From a virus (lineage: Duplodnaviria > Caudoviricetes): DNA of 58,261 bases. The stretch is taken from IMG/VR virus record IMGVR_UViG_3300032304_001710, positions 1 to 58,261 of that record; one strand, written 5' to 3'. Position numbers and translations under genes: made by a program. Shown piece after piece: positions 9,371 through 19,659 of the stretch. The notes beneath the pieces were generated by a model that worked only from the letters and a program-made list of their open reading frames with translations, did not search any database and was not told where the DNA came from. Position 1 is the stretch's first letter; each line of letters starts with the position of its first letter.

Positions 9371-10543
9371 ATGCCTGGAATGTCTTACGATCAACTGATG
9401 CGAGTACCACAGATTGCACGTGTATACGAGCAACTGCATACCCCCGCATCGTTTTTTCAACGCTACTTTAAACTTGCACCAACTGACTCCCCAGTTATTG
9501 TAAGTCAGCAACGTGTATTTGGGTATGATTTGGTAGCGAATACTCGTACCTTGGCTCCAATGACAGCACCAATGGCCCCACCTGTATCAGTAGGTCAAAA
9601 GCCTGTTGGTACTCAAATGGCGGCCATATTTCGAACCAGTATCAAGACTACCATTGCTGATGAAAAAGTCTTTATGACTCGTCAACTTGGTAGCTATGGT
9701 TTGAATACCAAAGTTGATGTTACTGGAACAAAGTACATCGCTATGCAAATGAAGCACTTGAAAACTCAAGTAACTAATTCCGTTGAATGGATGGTTGCTA
9801 AGATGTTTCAAGGCGGTTTTAGCCTTAAAGTAGATGGTGAAAGTTTCAGGCTTTGTGAATTGAACGATGCTAACGCAATTCACAAAAATGAGTATCTTAT
9901 TCCTGCTAGCAACAAAGGTGACGTAAACGGCATCATTGGAACTGGTGAAGCTTGGAACGACCCTTCTGCTCCGATCTTGGATCACTTAAACGAGATTAGT
10001 GTTCAAGCTGCTCGCGTTAGTGGTTATCAGCCAACCGACATTATCATGAACGGTAACACTGGTAAACATTTGTTCAATAACGCTCAATTGGCTAAGGTTG
10101 GTGGTACGGCTTACCGTATCTTCGATAGCCTTAACAACCGAGAAGTACGTGGGGATGAACCCCCAACTAGCGGCCCATACACCGTTCAGTTCCGAGCATT
10201 GCCACAGTATAACTTTCATATCTACAATGAAGGTCTTGTACTCAACAATGTTGTTCCTGATTACACAAACCAGGTTAGTGCATCGAACTGGACTCCTTTG
10301 ATTCCTGACGGGTTTGCTCTTATCGTTCCACCGCCTGGAGACTGGGTAGGCTTTGCTACTTGTATGGAACCAGTCGCAGAGAACGTAATGAGCGATGTCA
10401 AAACGGTTACAGGACTTCACGCATGGCGTACACGTGAAATCGATCCACCACGATTCGATATCAAGATGCTGTTGAACTATGTTCCAATTCTTCCACAGCC
10501 GCAAGCTTTGATCTACGCTAACGTCTGGCGAACTGGACTGTAA
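9371..10543 (+). CDS. Major capsid protein (lambda gpE-like)
   Basis: 390 aa; WNDPSAPILD, IIMN and DPP...PILPQP motifs; synteny. Confidence 0.8.
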   Translation: MPGMSYDQLMRVPQIARVYEQLHTPASFFQRYFKLAPTDSPVIVSQQRVFGYDLVANTRTLAPMTAPMAPPVSVGQKPVGTQMAAIFRTSIKTTIADEKVFMTRQLGSYGLNTKVDVTGTKYIAMQMKHLKTQVTNSVEWMVAKMFQGGFSLKVDGESFRLCELNDANAIHKNEYLIPASNKGDVNGIIGTGEAWNDPSAPILDHLNEISVQAARVSGYQPTDIIMNGNTGKHLFNNAQLAKVGGTAYRIFDSLNNREVRGDEPPTSGPYTVQFRALPQYNFHIYNEGLVLNNVVPDYTNQVSASNWTPLIPDGFALIVPPPGDWVGFATCMEPVAENVMSDVKTVTGLHAWRTREIDPPRFDIKMLLNYVPILPQPQALIYANVWRTGL

Positions 10544-10546
10544 TCC

Positions 10547-11047
10547 ATGACACTTCAAGGTCAAAGATATCCGTTTGTATTTACTTCCGAAGACGAAATG
10601 AATCGTCTTATCTCGGAAGATGGAGCCTTGCTCCATACAGATGATGTTGCTGATAATGAAGAAGTCATGTACGAACTTTGTGAGCGAGCTACAGGTCGAA
10701 TCAAACAAGTGCTTAACAAAAGCTTTGATGATATCGACTTGAAAAACTCACCAAGAATTAGAGAGATAGCAACTATCATTGGTTGCTATCTCTTATCTAT
10801 TCGTAGAGGTAATCCGTCTCTCTATGCAGAACAATACATCGAAGCATTAACTGACTTAGATCAAATTGCTACTGGTGACTTGTTCTTATCAGAACTACCA
10901 CGTTCAGGTAACACTTTAGTAGTGTTCCAAAACGTATCATCTGATAACCGTTTCCCTTTCACCCCAATTAGAGTAGATTCAATCACATCTAACCGTACTG
11001 TTGGAGGTCAATTCCTTAGTAGGATGATACCGTTCTTATGGCTGTAA
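10547..11047 (+). CDS. Head-tail adaptor (Mu gp36/DUF1320-like)
   Basis: IATIIGCYLLSIRR...YIEALTDLDQIATG pattern; follows the capsid gene. Confidence 0.65.
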   Translation: MTLQGQRYPFVFTSEDEMNRLISEDGALLHTDDVADNEEVMYELCERATGRIKQVLNKSFDDIDLKNSPRIREIATIIGCYLLSIRRGNPSLYAEQYIEALTDLDQIATGDLFLSELPRSGNTLVVFQNVSSDNRFPFTPIRVDSITSNRTVGGQFLSRMIPFLWL

Positions 11048-11670
11048 AACACGTACTTGATTTGCTAGCTCATGAAGGTGGTTACAAACCACATGAAATG
11101 GACGACGCATTCAAGTACTTTGCATTGAACTTGATTCTGTACAACGTAGTCAAACTCAACTACACAGCCTTTTTGCAGAAAGCAAAAGTACCGGCATATC
11201 AAAGAATGGAAGCAGTTGATAGTTATGGTAATAAATGGAAACCCCTTAGCCAAAAGACCATAGACTTAAAGAAACGCTTAAACTTCAGATATGCCGGTGC
11301 AATTGCTATCAACATCAGAACAAGACGTTTACTCGAAGCTTTGAAACCTGGATGGTTTCGTAACGGGGTTTACGTACCACGAAACAGAGATCAAATTGTA
11401 GGAGTTACTCTTGATTCAATTCATTTTGAGATAGCAGTTCCTTATGCAGATGACGTAGACAAAGTACGTCAAATTTTTGTAGCTAATGAAAATCTAGTTT
11501 CAGATGCAATTCAAAAATCCCTTCCAGTTCTAATGAACTACTGGAACAGAAGAGAAGTGAAACGCAGACAAGCAGCCAAACGAAGATTTGAACGTGCCAG
11601 AGCTAATTACGACAAAAGAAAAAAGCTTAGAGATACACCACCCCCTGGACCCCCAGGTTCTCTGGAATAA
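11038..11670 (+). CDS. Putative virion morphogenesis/tail completion protein
   Basis: GNKWKPLSQKTI motif typical of Mu gpG-like proteins; neck position. Confidence 0.55.
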   Translation: MAVKHVLDLLAHEGGYKPHEMDDAFKYFALNLILYNVVKLNYTAFLQKAKVPAYQRMEAVDSYGNKWKPLSQKTIDLKKRLNFRYAGAIAINIRTRRLLEALKPGWFRNGVYVPRNRDQIVGVTLDSIHFEIAVPYADDVDKVRQIFVANENLVSDAIQKSLPVLMNYWNRREVKRRQAAKRRFERARANYDKRKKLRDTPPPGPPGSLE

Positions 11671-11681
11671 GGAAAAGATAA

Positions 11682-12290
11682 GTGTTTGAAAAAACGATAC
11701 TTGAAACAGTACATAAAGTACTATGCGACTCTCCATTGATGGAACTTCCAAAGTTTAACAAAGACTGTGTAATTGTTACTGCATACGATCAACCACCACC
11801 AACAGTTGGGCAGTTCTTTGTTCTTATTCATCCTCAGTCAAGAATGAACTATGCAGAATCAAAGTCTGAAGGTGGCCCTAAAAACTATGTCTATGATAGA
11901 ATAGGCTTTGACATAGTATGCGGTGCTAGAACTAGGTTAGCTCCTACTGATCGTCTCATAAGTTATATGAACGATGAATACACTTCTTTAAATGTAATTA
12001 AAGATTTAGTACTTACTATTATTAGTAGAACAAACAGTAGTAAGAACATGACAGTTAGAGACTACCTAAGAAAGAACTGTAAACCATATAGTAATAATAT
12101 TTATAATATACTTACAGAAGGTGTAGATGTTATAGATGGTTTTGAGTACATTGGTGCTGATGCAGAACCAGTACCTAGACAAGCTGACTATTTCTCAGCT
12201 ACCGATACAAGTGACACTGACCGGCCGGCAGGACACACTTACACCGTTCGTTTTCTTTCCCCCTCCAGAATCTACTCTGTGCAATGCTGA
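11682..12290 (+). CDS. Putative tail terminator/neck protein
   Basis: Synteny and size only. Confidence 0.45.
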   Translation: MFEKTILETVHKVLCDSPLMELPKFNKDCVIVTAYDQPPPTVGQFFVLIHPQSRMNYAESKSEGGPKNYVYDRIGFDIVCGARTRLAPTDRLISYMNDEYTSLNVIKDLVLTIISRTNSSKNMTVRDYLRKNCKPYSNNIYNILTEGVDVIDGFEYIGADAEPVPRQADYFSATDTSDTDRPAGHTYTVRFLSPSRIYSVQC

Positions 12291-12332
12291 ATTTATTAAT
12301 TAGTTACCGACCGTAATAAATTCCGCATTGCA
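12280..12332. promoter_or_regulatory. Divergent pair of 19-bp TAATAAATTYNNCATTGCA boxes
   Basis: Reverse copy 12280-12298, forward copy 12314-12332. Confidence 0.75.
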
Positions 12333-12350
12333 TGATAAGGCAAAACAACC

Positions 12351-12914
12351 ATGTTCAAGTTCCGATGTTCGAAATGCAACAAAGATACTTATCACCCATC
12401 CCAACGATTAGCTAAGTGCTGCGAGAGTGCAGTACTGTATCAGCTAGTTAATATTTGCTTACTGCTCCCAAAAGAACAAGCACCGACTCATAAAACCTAT
12501 AGCAAAAATGGAGATAGTTTTGCTCTCAAAATGACTCCAGGACAAGAATGGGTTACAGCTTGTAATTCATCAACAAAAGCAAAAGTTGTGACAGCACTTC
12601 CTGAAGCGTCTACTTGCTACAAATGTAATCAATGGCTTGAAGCTAATACGAAAACATCTTTAGCTAAACAAGAAGTAAATTCTCTTGAAGAGTTTATGAA
12701 AACCATTGAATTCGAAGACGAAGAAAATCCAGAAAATTCGTTCAAGGCACAGATCGAAAACATAAAGAAAGAGTTGCCAACATCAGACATTCCAGCTAAT
12801 ATTGCAGACGTTGACAAACTTTTGACAAGGATTCAAGAGTTTAGTACAATGCTCAAACAACGCAAAACCCTTAGAAACCAATTACAATTGGAACAGGAGC
12901 TTAGGACACTATGA
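12351..12914 (+). CDS. Cys-rich (Zn-binding) coiled-coil hypothetical protein
   Basis: CSKC...CC and C...CYKC motifs; preceded by paired 19-bp boxes. Confidence 0.6.
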   Translation: MFKFRCSKCNKDTYHPSQRLAKCCESAVLYQLVNICLLLPKEQAPTHKTYSKNGDSFALKMTPGQEWVTACNSSTKAKVVTALPEASTCYKCNQWLEANTKTSLAKQEVNSLEEFMKTIEFEDEENPENSFKAQIENIKKELPTSDIPANIADVDKLLTRIQEFSTMLKQRKTLRNQLQLEQELRTL

Positions 12915-13456
12915 CTTTTATCGCAGGTGCATATTCCGCTACGTTTAACGCACTTCCTCTTGGTACTACTGAAGATGGTTTCGAACTGTCTTTCAATCGT
13001 ATTCAAGAAGAAATCCGAGTTGACCAATACCGAGGTCTTGTTGACGCAGTTCATCAAGGCATCGATATGACTATTCGATTCACACTCACTGAAGCAAACT
13101 TCGTAGCTGTCACGAATCTAATTTGGGGTTGGTCTGGGAACAGCCCACTTGTAGACGGAGCACTCAAAAGTCATACAGGACAACTAATCAGTAGCTTTGC
13201 TTCTGCTTTAGTCCTTACACCTTGTGCCGGTACTTCCGCAGATACAGCGTATAACTCGGTTACGTTTGGAAAAGCTGTACTAGCAACCGATCCAGTAGCG
13301 TTAAAATTTGCATCCAGTCTTCGAAGAATCCCCATTACAATGCACGTTCTTCCGTACTGGTCAAACGGAGTTATCCCAACAGGCTATCCTGTTGGATCGT
13401 TCCCACCATGCGATGTAGTTATGAACTACTACTCTGTAGCTGCTGTAGCTCCGTAG
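12911..13456 (+). CDS. Tail tube protein
   Basis: LGTTEDGFEL...IRVDQY...FTLTE pattern typical of siphovirus tail tubes. Confidence 0.7.
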   Translation: MTFIAGAYSATFNALPLGTTEDGFELSFNRIQEEIRVDQYRGLVDAVHQGIDMTIRFTLTEANFVAVTNLIWGWSGNSPLVDGALKSHTGQLISSFASALVLTPCAGTSADTAYNSVTFGKAVLATDPVALKFASSLRRIPITMHVLPYWSNGVIPTGYPVGSFPPCDVVMNYYSVAAVAP

Positions 13457-13462
13457 TGCTTC

Positions 13463-13491
13463 TTGCACAATCAGTAGAAACAAGTCATAAT
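13463..13491 (+). promoter_or_regulatory. Putative sigma70-type promoter
   Basis: TTGCAC-17 nt-CATAAT in the intergenic gap, followed by the hairpin GCCTAAC-ccagt-GTTAGGC. Confidence 0.5.
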
Positions 13492-13553
13492 AGCCTAACC
13501 CAGTGTTAGGCTATTTGCTTTTACAGAAACACTTCTTGACTCTCGGACACAAC

Positions 13554-16500
13554 ATGGCTAAATCATTCGACATTGAAATCCGCTTCAAAGGCGACAACAA
13601 CCCAGAGAAGCCAAAGAACGATAACCAAGTCGAATCTACGCCTAGTAAAGCACAAGAAAAGCTAAACACTGAAGCTCTAAAGCCTAAGGCCGTATCCAAA
13701 CCCAAGGCTGTATCCAAATCCAAGTCTGAAGCAGAGCCAAAGCAATCAGCACTAGAAAAGTACGCATCTGGCAAATCAACAAGTAGCCAAGAGCTACTTA
13801 CTGAATTAGAGTCTTCTAAAGTAAAGATAAGTAAACCTCTAAAGGAACTAATGTCCAAAGGAGCATTGTACGTACAAAAAGATACAGGCTTCAAAGGTAG
13901 GGCTTTTCAAAGCATAGACGAAAAACGAGATCATCCTAATCAAAACAAACGGCGTATGAACGAAAGAGTATCAAAAGCTCTTGAGTCTTTATTGAAAGAA
14001 AAAAGCAATACATTTGCTGAACTAGCTACTAACACTGAAGCTGTACAAACTCCAGTTGTAGAACAGATACAAGCTTCAGTCATCGAGACTCCAGTTACCA
14101 AACCAGTAGTTGCTGAAACCCCAGTTACTGAACAAACACCTAAACCTAAATCTCGATCAAAGAAATCGAAAAACTCGTTATCAAACACTGACATACAAAA
14201 ACAAGACATACTAAACAAAGTAGCAACTACACCAATGTTTCGTGGTGTGCGTGGAGATAGTACGTCTGAACCTAAAGGACCGCAATACTTTAGTAGCTCT
14301 GAGTCGTATGCAAAAACATACGGAAAAACATCACAACATTCTGTACAAGTTTCTAATCCATTAATAGTCTCAGATGAAGATTGGAGTAATTACGCAAACA
14401 ACCAGTTTAATCCTATGGACGAAGTTGTTAAAAAAGTAAAAAAAGGAAAACATGACTCAGTAGTTAATGTTCGTAAAACTCCGTCAGGTAGTGAGCTAAT
14501 AACTGTATTTGTAGTAGACGCTTCAAAAACTGTTGATACTAAATCGTCTGCTTCTAAATCTGTAACTGATGCCTTAGAAAAATCAGGACCAATAGCAAAA
14601 GAAGTAGAACAAGCAGTTCAACCAGTTATTGAAGCTAAAGATGACCTATTTGATTACACTCAAGAGTCTCCTGGTAAACCCGTAGAACCAGTAGTAGCTA
14701 CCAAAACAAAGAACGCTAAGAAAAAGCTAAATGACGCTATTGTATCCAATGTAGAACAAGCTGCACAATCAGCAGCAGAGAGCATTAACAAAGCTATGTC
14801 CGGCGATGGTGGTAAGAAACCGCCAAAGGGACCTAAAGCACCACCAACCGGAGACGACGATGAATCCGGTTATGGTGATGATATGTACGAAGGAGCAGAA
14901 AACGACGACGAGTACAATCCACTACGTACACTTAAAGCACAAGTAGAAAACCTTCAACGGTCTTTCGCGTCTAAATTATTCGGAGAGAAAGAGTCTACTT
15001 TTCCTTCTTCCCTCCAGAGAACTTTTGAGGCGGGTAAGAAAGTCAAAGATTTTGATGACGTTCAAAAGTTAATTGACAAAGAAGTAGCTGCTCAAACGAG
15101 TATGCTCAAGGCTTTCGAAACAAGCAATCAAAATACGTCTAACCTTTTAAAAGCTAGGATTAAAGATTACATAGATAGAGAGTCTTCAAAAGAAGATGAA
15201 AGTATTGACCGTCAAAAGCTTGAATGGCTGTACTCTCGTTTAGATGAAGTGCGTAAAGTACGCGAGGATACTCAACAAGAATATGACGCTATTGAAACAT
15301 CGATTGGTACTAAAATCAGTGACTCTGCTACACGTGGCTTTGCACAAGGCAAAGTAGATCGAGACATTGAAGAACTTCAAATGCAACAGAAAGACGAAGA
15401 CAAGGTACTAAAACAGTATCAACGTGAATTCAAATCTTTCGTAACTAAACAATACAAAGACTTAGCTAACGTAGAAGCATTTGATGCAGCTAAAACTTAT
15501 GTTCAAACGAACACAGGCAAGATGCCACAACGCGATGTAGTTGCTATGGCTAAGATAGCCTATGATAAAAAGTTCGAAGAGTTCATGTCTTCGGCATCAT
15601 TCGAATCAGAACTATCAACTGAAGAAGTAATGTCCGCGTTTCAAGAAGGTCAAGGCAAGTTCAAACCAGAAGCATTCCGCCCAAAGAATGCTCCAAAAAA
15701 CTTCTACAGTAAACCACAGCAAGAAGAACCCCCAATGGATATCCAATGGGACCCAATGCAAAGCGGTGCTAGCGGTAGTATGATGAGCGGTTCTAGTAGC
15801 GGTATGGGGGGCGGTCAAGGCATGGGAGGCGGTTCTGGTAATGGATCATCACCCCCAATCGGATTCGGTCCAGGTGGAGCACCAATACCGCCAAGCAGAA
15901 ACAATATCGGTCTACTAGCTCCATCTATCGGTATAGACATTCAAGCTATCAAACGATTCAAAGTAGCTGAAGCATCGATCAATGCAGTAGGACAAACTTT
16001 AGTAGCTGCATCAACGAAACAAGGAGTACGCCCAGGATCAATTCTTGGCAATGTTTCTAAAGCAGCTACAACAGCGGGTTTAGCTAGTTATGCAGCATCA
16101 GGAGTTGCTAACTTAGGCTTGGCTACAGGTGCAGCGGGTATAGGTGGAACTACAGCGTTAGCTGGAGCCGCAGGAGCATCAATAGGTCCAGTAGGTCTTA
16201 TGGTAGCTGGAATAACTTTAAGTACGTCTTACTTAGCTGAGATTGCAGATAACACTTCAAAGAACGTAGAAGCATTCTCTCCAGAACTCATACTGTCTGA
16301 CATAGATAATAAGTTCAAAAGATTAGTAGATAATATGCAAATAGCTAACTCAAGAGGGGATAAGTTAGCAAATTATCAACAATCATCTAATCAATTAAGT
16401 AGACAATTATACAACTTAGGTGTAGAACTATTCGATCAAGTTGAACCTGTCATAAGAATACTTATAGATTTTATGAGTATAGTAGTTGTTCTTTTACGAA

Positions 16501-16679
16501 CACTTACTATTCTAGGTACATTGCTCTATAATGCTATGTTCCCGTTTATAGAGCCTTTAGCTAAAGGTGTACAGATAATAGCCAAAGGTATGACCACTCT
16601 ACTAGATTGGCTACTTGGAAGATCAACTAAACTTCCAGATTTTGAACAAGAGTTCATGAAGAACGACCCTAGAAAATAA
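13554..16679 (+). CDS. Tape-measure-like/ejected protein with an internal ADP-ribosyltransferase-like domain
   Basis: Follows the tail tube; helical middle, Ala/Gly-rich hydrophobic C-terminus; FRG...YFSS...YG...NPL...HDSV segment; ATG 13554 preferred over the GTG track start. Confidence 0.6.
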   Translation: MAKSFDIEIRFKGDNNPEKPKNDNQVESTPSKAQEKLNTEALKPKAVSKPKAVSKSKSEAEPKQSALEKYASGKSTSSQELLTELESSKVKISKPLKELMSKGALYVQKDTGFKGRAFQSIDEKRDHPNQNKRRMNERVSKALESLLKEKSNTFAELATNTEAVQTPVVEQIQASVIETPVTKPVVAETPVTEQTPKPKSRSKKSKNSLSNTDIQKQDILNKVATTPMFRGVRGDSTSEPKGPQYFSSSESYAKTYGKTSQHSVQVSNPLIVSDEDWSNYANNQFNPMDEVVKKVKKGKHDSVVNVRKTPSGSELITVFVVDASKTVDTKSSASKSVTDALEKSGPIAKEVEQAVQPVIEAKDDLFDYTQESPGKPVEPVVATKTKNAKKKLNDAIVSNVEQAAQSAAESINKAMSGDGGKKPPKGPKAPPTGDDDESGYGDDMYEGAENDDEYNPLRTLKAQVENLQRSFASKLFGEKESTFPSSLQRTFEAGKKVKDFDDVQKLIDKEVAAQTSMLKAFETSNQNTSNLLKARIKDYIDRESSKEDESIDRQKLEWLYSRLDEVRKVREDTQQEYDAIETSIGTKISDSATRGFAQGKVDRDIEELQMQQKDEDKVLKQYQREFKSFVTKQYKDLANVEAFDAAKTYVQTNTGKMPQRDVVAMAKIAYDKKFEEFMSSASFESELSTEEVMSAFQEGQGKFKPEAFRPKNAPKNFYSKPQQEEPPMDIQWDPMQSGASGSMMSGSSSGMGGGQGMGGGSGNGSSPPIGFGPGGAPIPPSRNNIGLLAPSIGIDIQAIKRFKVAEASINAVGQTLVAASTKQGVRPGSILGNVSKAATTAGLASYAASGVANLGLATGAAGIGGTTALAGAAGASIGPVGLMVAGITLSTSYLAEIADNTSKNVEAFSPELILSDIDNKFKRLVDNMQIANSRGDKLANYQQSSNQLSRQLYNLGVELFDQVEPVIRILIDFMSIVVVLLRTLTILGTLLYNAMFPFIEPLAKGVQIIAKGMTTLLDWLLGRSTKLPDFEQEFMKNDPRK

Positions 16680-16700
16680 TACAACTAAGGACTTAATAAA

Positions 16701-19109
16701 ATGCCTGATGAACCACAAGCAGTATGCCGTTACGAACAAGTAAAGTATGGTAACTATACGTTCCATTCTTTTGCAAGAAATCTTTTGAACGAACAAAACG
16801 TGTACAGTGAAGACAACTTATCAGTTAAGTACGCAAGATGTACTCTTGAAGTTGACTTCATAATAACATCAGAAACAGTTACGGTAACTGATCCTTTGTA
16901 CACAGGCGTTGACAAACAAATGGATAAGATTCGAGAAGAACTCGAATCGCCTAATAAAGAGTTAAAACTTTTTTATCGTGGCATGGGTACAGATATCAAC
17001 GTAATTGGTAGAGCAGTTACCAATACTGTTGGAACAAACAACGATCTACGTAGTGTACCATTCAACATCTTTGAAGGACCATTTCCTGAAGTTCTTACAT
17101 GGGAACCTTTAGCTAGCAATAACGCTATACGTTGTAAATGGCGTTGTGTATTCAATAAAGCTATAGGACCAGTCAAAACAAAGTCAGGTAGTTTTACTAA
17201 CACAGAACAAGAAGTACAAGTATCCAACAGTCTTGGTGGTAGGAATATTGAACAAGGAGCAATCACAGGTCAAACTAGGTCTTTTGCTGGTATTCAATCA
17301 ATAACCAATATTGTTAATGATTACATAAATACCATATTTGACATAGCACCTGAACAATCTTCAAGTGGTCAATTAAGTAACTACTTAATGTCTCACACTG
17401 AAGAACAAGAATTCGAAGTAGATGAAGACGGTACAGCCGTCATGACACTAACAGGTGAACTAGAGTTTGTAAGTAGTGGTTCTCTAGTCAACAGACTAAA
17501 AGAATCACCAACAGCAATTCCAAGATTGCTTCAAGTACTATCACACTACTTTGAACCATTACACCCAGTTGGATTTACTCGTACTCAAAAGTACAAGTTC
17601 AAAAAGAACAAACGATCTATTGAGTACACAATAGTTGACAGAGAAATCAAAAGTGATAACCCAATACTTCCTAACATACTTAAAGCAGACGTAACCCACA
17701 CAGTATCGTCTAGTCTGTTAGGTGGAGATGTATTTGAAGGAACCGGATTCCTAACTTGGAACAACGTATTCGAAGGGACATTTACTGTACGTCCTGGAGT
17801 ATGGAAAGGTTGGTCTTGGTTAGCTATGATGACTATATGCCGTCAACGCATGGCTGGCACACTACCGTTTCAAGGCGAAGTAAATCTAAAAACTAAAGAC
17901 GCTTTAAGTAGTGTTTTAATGGACGCAGCTACAAACTCTGAACGTAAACACTTACTTCATAACATTTCTATCAAAGAAAACATCTACACTCGTGAATGTT
18001 CATTTACACTAAAGTATTTAGTAATCACTAACCTGAATGCTTTATTTGTTAGTACTGGACTGTTTTACCCTGCATCCATTACATGGAATGGTCAGACACT
18101 ACCACAAGACCTTGGTAAAGTACCCGTCAGTGTTGCGGGTGGTAAACACGTATTTAACGCAACCCCACAAAGTTACAACAATCAGTGGGGTACATCACGT
18201 GAGTACATGGCTAACGCTCAGAACGTATTCGGTTATAGAGGGCCTTTGCTCCCTGGTTATGACATGGTATTTAATCCATACGATGGTTGGGACCCAAACA
18301 GACTATCAAATCCAAATGGACCTTTGAATCCTGAACGTAGTATTGTTTCAGCAAACACACAATTCGATTATGAAAGTGTTAATGCAGCTAACACACACAC
18401 ACTAGCTGAGCGTAGGCGTAATAGTCATTTAGAAACATTCAATAACCTTACTCTTCCTTTTCCAGAAAATACGAGTCAGGCATGGGGCGGAAACGCTCCT
18501 TTGAAAGAAGTACCCGGACTTCCAACTGCTAACTTTACGCAATCACCTTACATATCCCACGATACTACTAACGATTCTTCGTTCTTAAAAAATTGTGACC
18601 CTGCTCAAACATGGATATCTTATGATACCAAGTTCAAAGTATTACGTAACGAAAACAGTGTTCTATTCCCAAGTATCCAATCCCAAACAATAGCTAGTAG
18701 AAACACTACAAGTATACCAACTAACACTGATCGAAATTCTAAAGTATTCAATATAAACGGTTCTAGTACATCAGAACCAAGCGTATCAGGGTATGAGTAT
18801 AGTGACGTTCAAGTGTTTGGTAATGCTACTACGTACATACAGTTTACAGGGCAAGCCTTACGTATTGGTTATCCAATACCATGCCCAACCTTTTTAGGTT
18901 GTAGAAACGCCGGAACTGGTACAGGTAGCGGATCAACTATTATCCAAGCTTACCGTGTCGGAGAAAGTAAGTACACCTGCTACCAAGTAGGAAAATCCGC
19001 AGATATTCCAATTTTTCGTGGGGTTTGGGATGTTACTTATGCCTTGAAAGGCGATCCATCTTGTGCTAACATTGACTTCGTAGCCAACAGATCCAACTTT
19101 TACGCTTAG
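16701..19109 (+). CDS. Large virion structural protein (distal tail/baseplate candidate)
   Basis: 802 aa, beta-rich, follows the tape-measure-like gene; AAGGA RBS. Confidence 0.5.
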   Translation: MPDEPQAVCRYEQVKYGNYTFHSFARNLLNEQNVYSEDNLSVKYARCTLEVDFIITSETVTVTDPLYTGVDKQMDKIREELESPNKELKLFYRGMGTDINVIGRAVTNTVGTNNDLRSVPFNIFEGPFPEVLTWEPLASNNAIRCKWRCVFNKAIGPVKTKSGSFTNTEQEVQVSNSLGGRNIEQGAITGQTRSFAGIQSITNIVNDYINTIFDIAPEQSSSGQLSNYLMSHTEEQEFEVDEDGTAVMTLTGELEFVSSGSLVNRLKESPTAIPRLLQVLSHYFEPLHPVGFTRTQKYKFKKNKRSIEYTIVDREIKSDNPILPNILKADVTHTVSSSLLGGDVFEGTGFLTWNNVFEGTFTVRPGVWKGWSWLAMMTICRQRMAGTLPFQGEVNLKTKDALSSVLMDAATNSERKHLLHNISIKENIYTRECSFTLKYLVITNLNALFVSTGLFYPASITWNGQTLPQDLGKVPVSVAGGKHVFNATPQSYNNQWGTSREYMANAQNVFGYRGPLLPGYDMVFNPYDGWDPNRLSNPNGPLNPERSIVSANTQFDYESVNAANTHTLAERRRNSHLETFNNLTLPFPENTSQAWGGNAPLKEVPGLPTANFTQSPYISHDTTNDSSFLKNCDPAQTWISYDTKFKVLRNENSVLFPSIQSQTIASRNTTSIPTNTDRNSKVFNINGSSTSEPSVSGYEYSDVQVFGNATTYIQFTGQALRIGYPIPCPTFLGCRNAGTGTGSGSTIIQAYRVGESKYTCYQVGKSADIPIFRGVWDVTYALKGDPSCANIDFVANRSNFYA

Positions 19110-19142
19110 TTTATTTTCCTCTTTCCAGAAAAAGGTTTAGTA

Positions 19143-19475
19143 ATGGAATTCCAACTTCCAACAGACGAAGAATGTCAAATCGTAGTCAAAGACAGTGACG
19201 GAAATGCTTTATGTACTCTTGATTGTCTTGACGTTGTTATTATCAGACAGCAAGCAATTGAGGAAGCCGAGAAACTTGGTCTTGACGATTATTGGGAGTT
19301 AGTACTAGATAAACTAGCTTCTAAATTCAACCTTAGTATCAAACACAAGTCATCAGCTTTAGCTTTGTATGCTCAGGCTAACGATATGCTAGTTGATATC
19401 AAAAAAAAATCCTACCTATCGCCGAGTCCGTTAGATTCTTCGGACTCCCTACAGGATGGGGACCAAGACAGCTAA
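19143..19475 (+). CDS. Putative tail assembly chaperone (gpG-like); -1 frameshift extension to 19657
   Basis: A9 run at 19401-19409, downstream 7-bp stem, and an open -1 frame ending 2 nt before the portal ATG. Confidence 0.65.
   Translation: MEFQLPTDEECQIVVKDSDGNALCTLDCLDVVIIRQQAIEEAEKLGLDDYWELVLDKLASKFNLSIKHKSSALALYAQANDMLVDIKKKSYLSPSPLDSSDSLQDGDQDS
19401..19447 (+). other. Programmed -1 frameshift signal (slippery A-run plus stimulatory hairpin)
   Basis: C AAA AAA AAA, then GAGTCCG (19424-30) pairing with CGGACTC (19441-47). Confidence 0.65.
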
Positions 19476-19659
19476 GGTTACTTAGTCTTGTTATGCCGAT
19501 GCTGAAAGCTAGAGAGCGACTAAAAGAGTTAGAAGCTATAAACGCTTCTAACATTTATGAAGTTCACTACACAGCATTCGAAGATAACGAAGCAGCGTTG
19601 AGAATTCAAGACAGATGGATAATGCAAGAAACAATCGATAAGAGTAGGAACAGCTAGAT

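Noticed and set aside
9587-10708. Long antisense ORFs opposite the capsid gene, and similar shadow ORFs elsewhere
   Set aside because: They are explained by codon bias of the sense genes and show no RBS or recognisable motifs.
12280-12332. 19-bp box as a sigma54 promoter because of TTGCA
   Set aside because: There is no TGGCAC -24 element at the required spacing.
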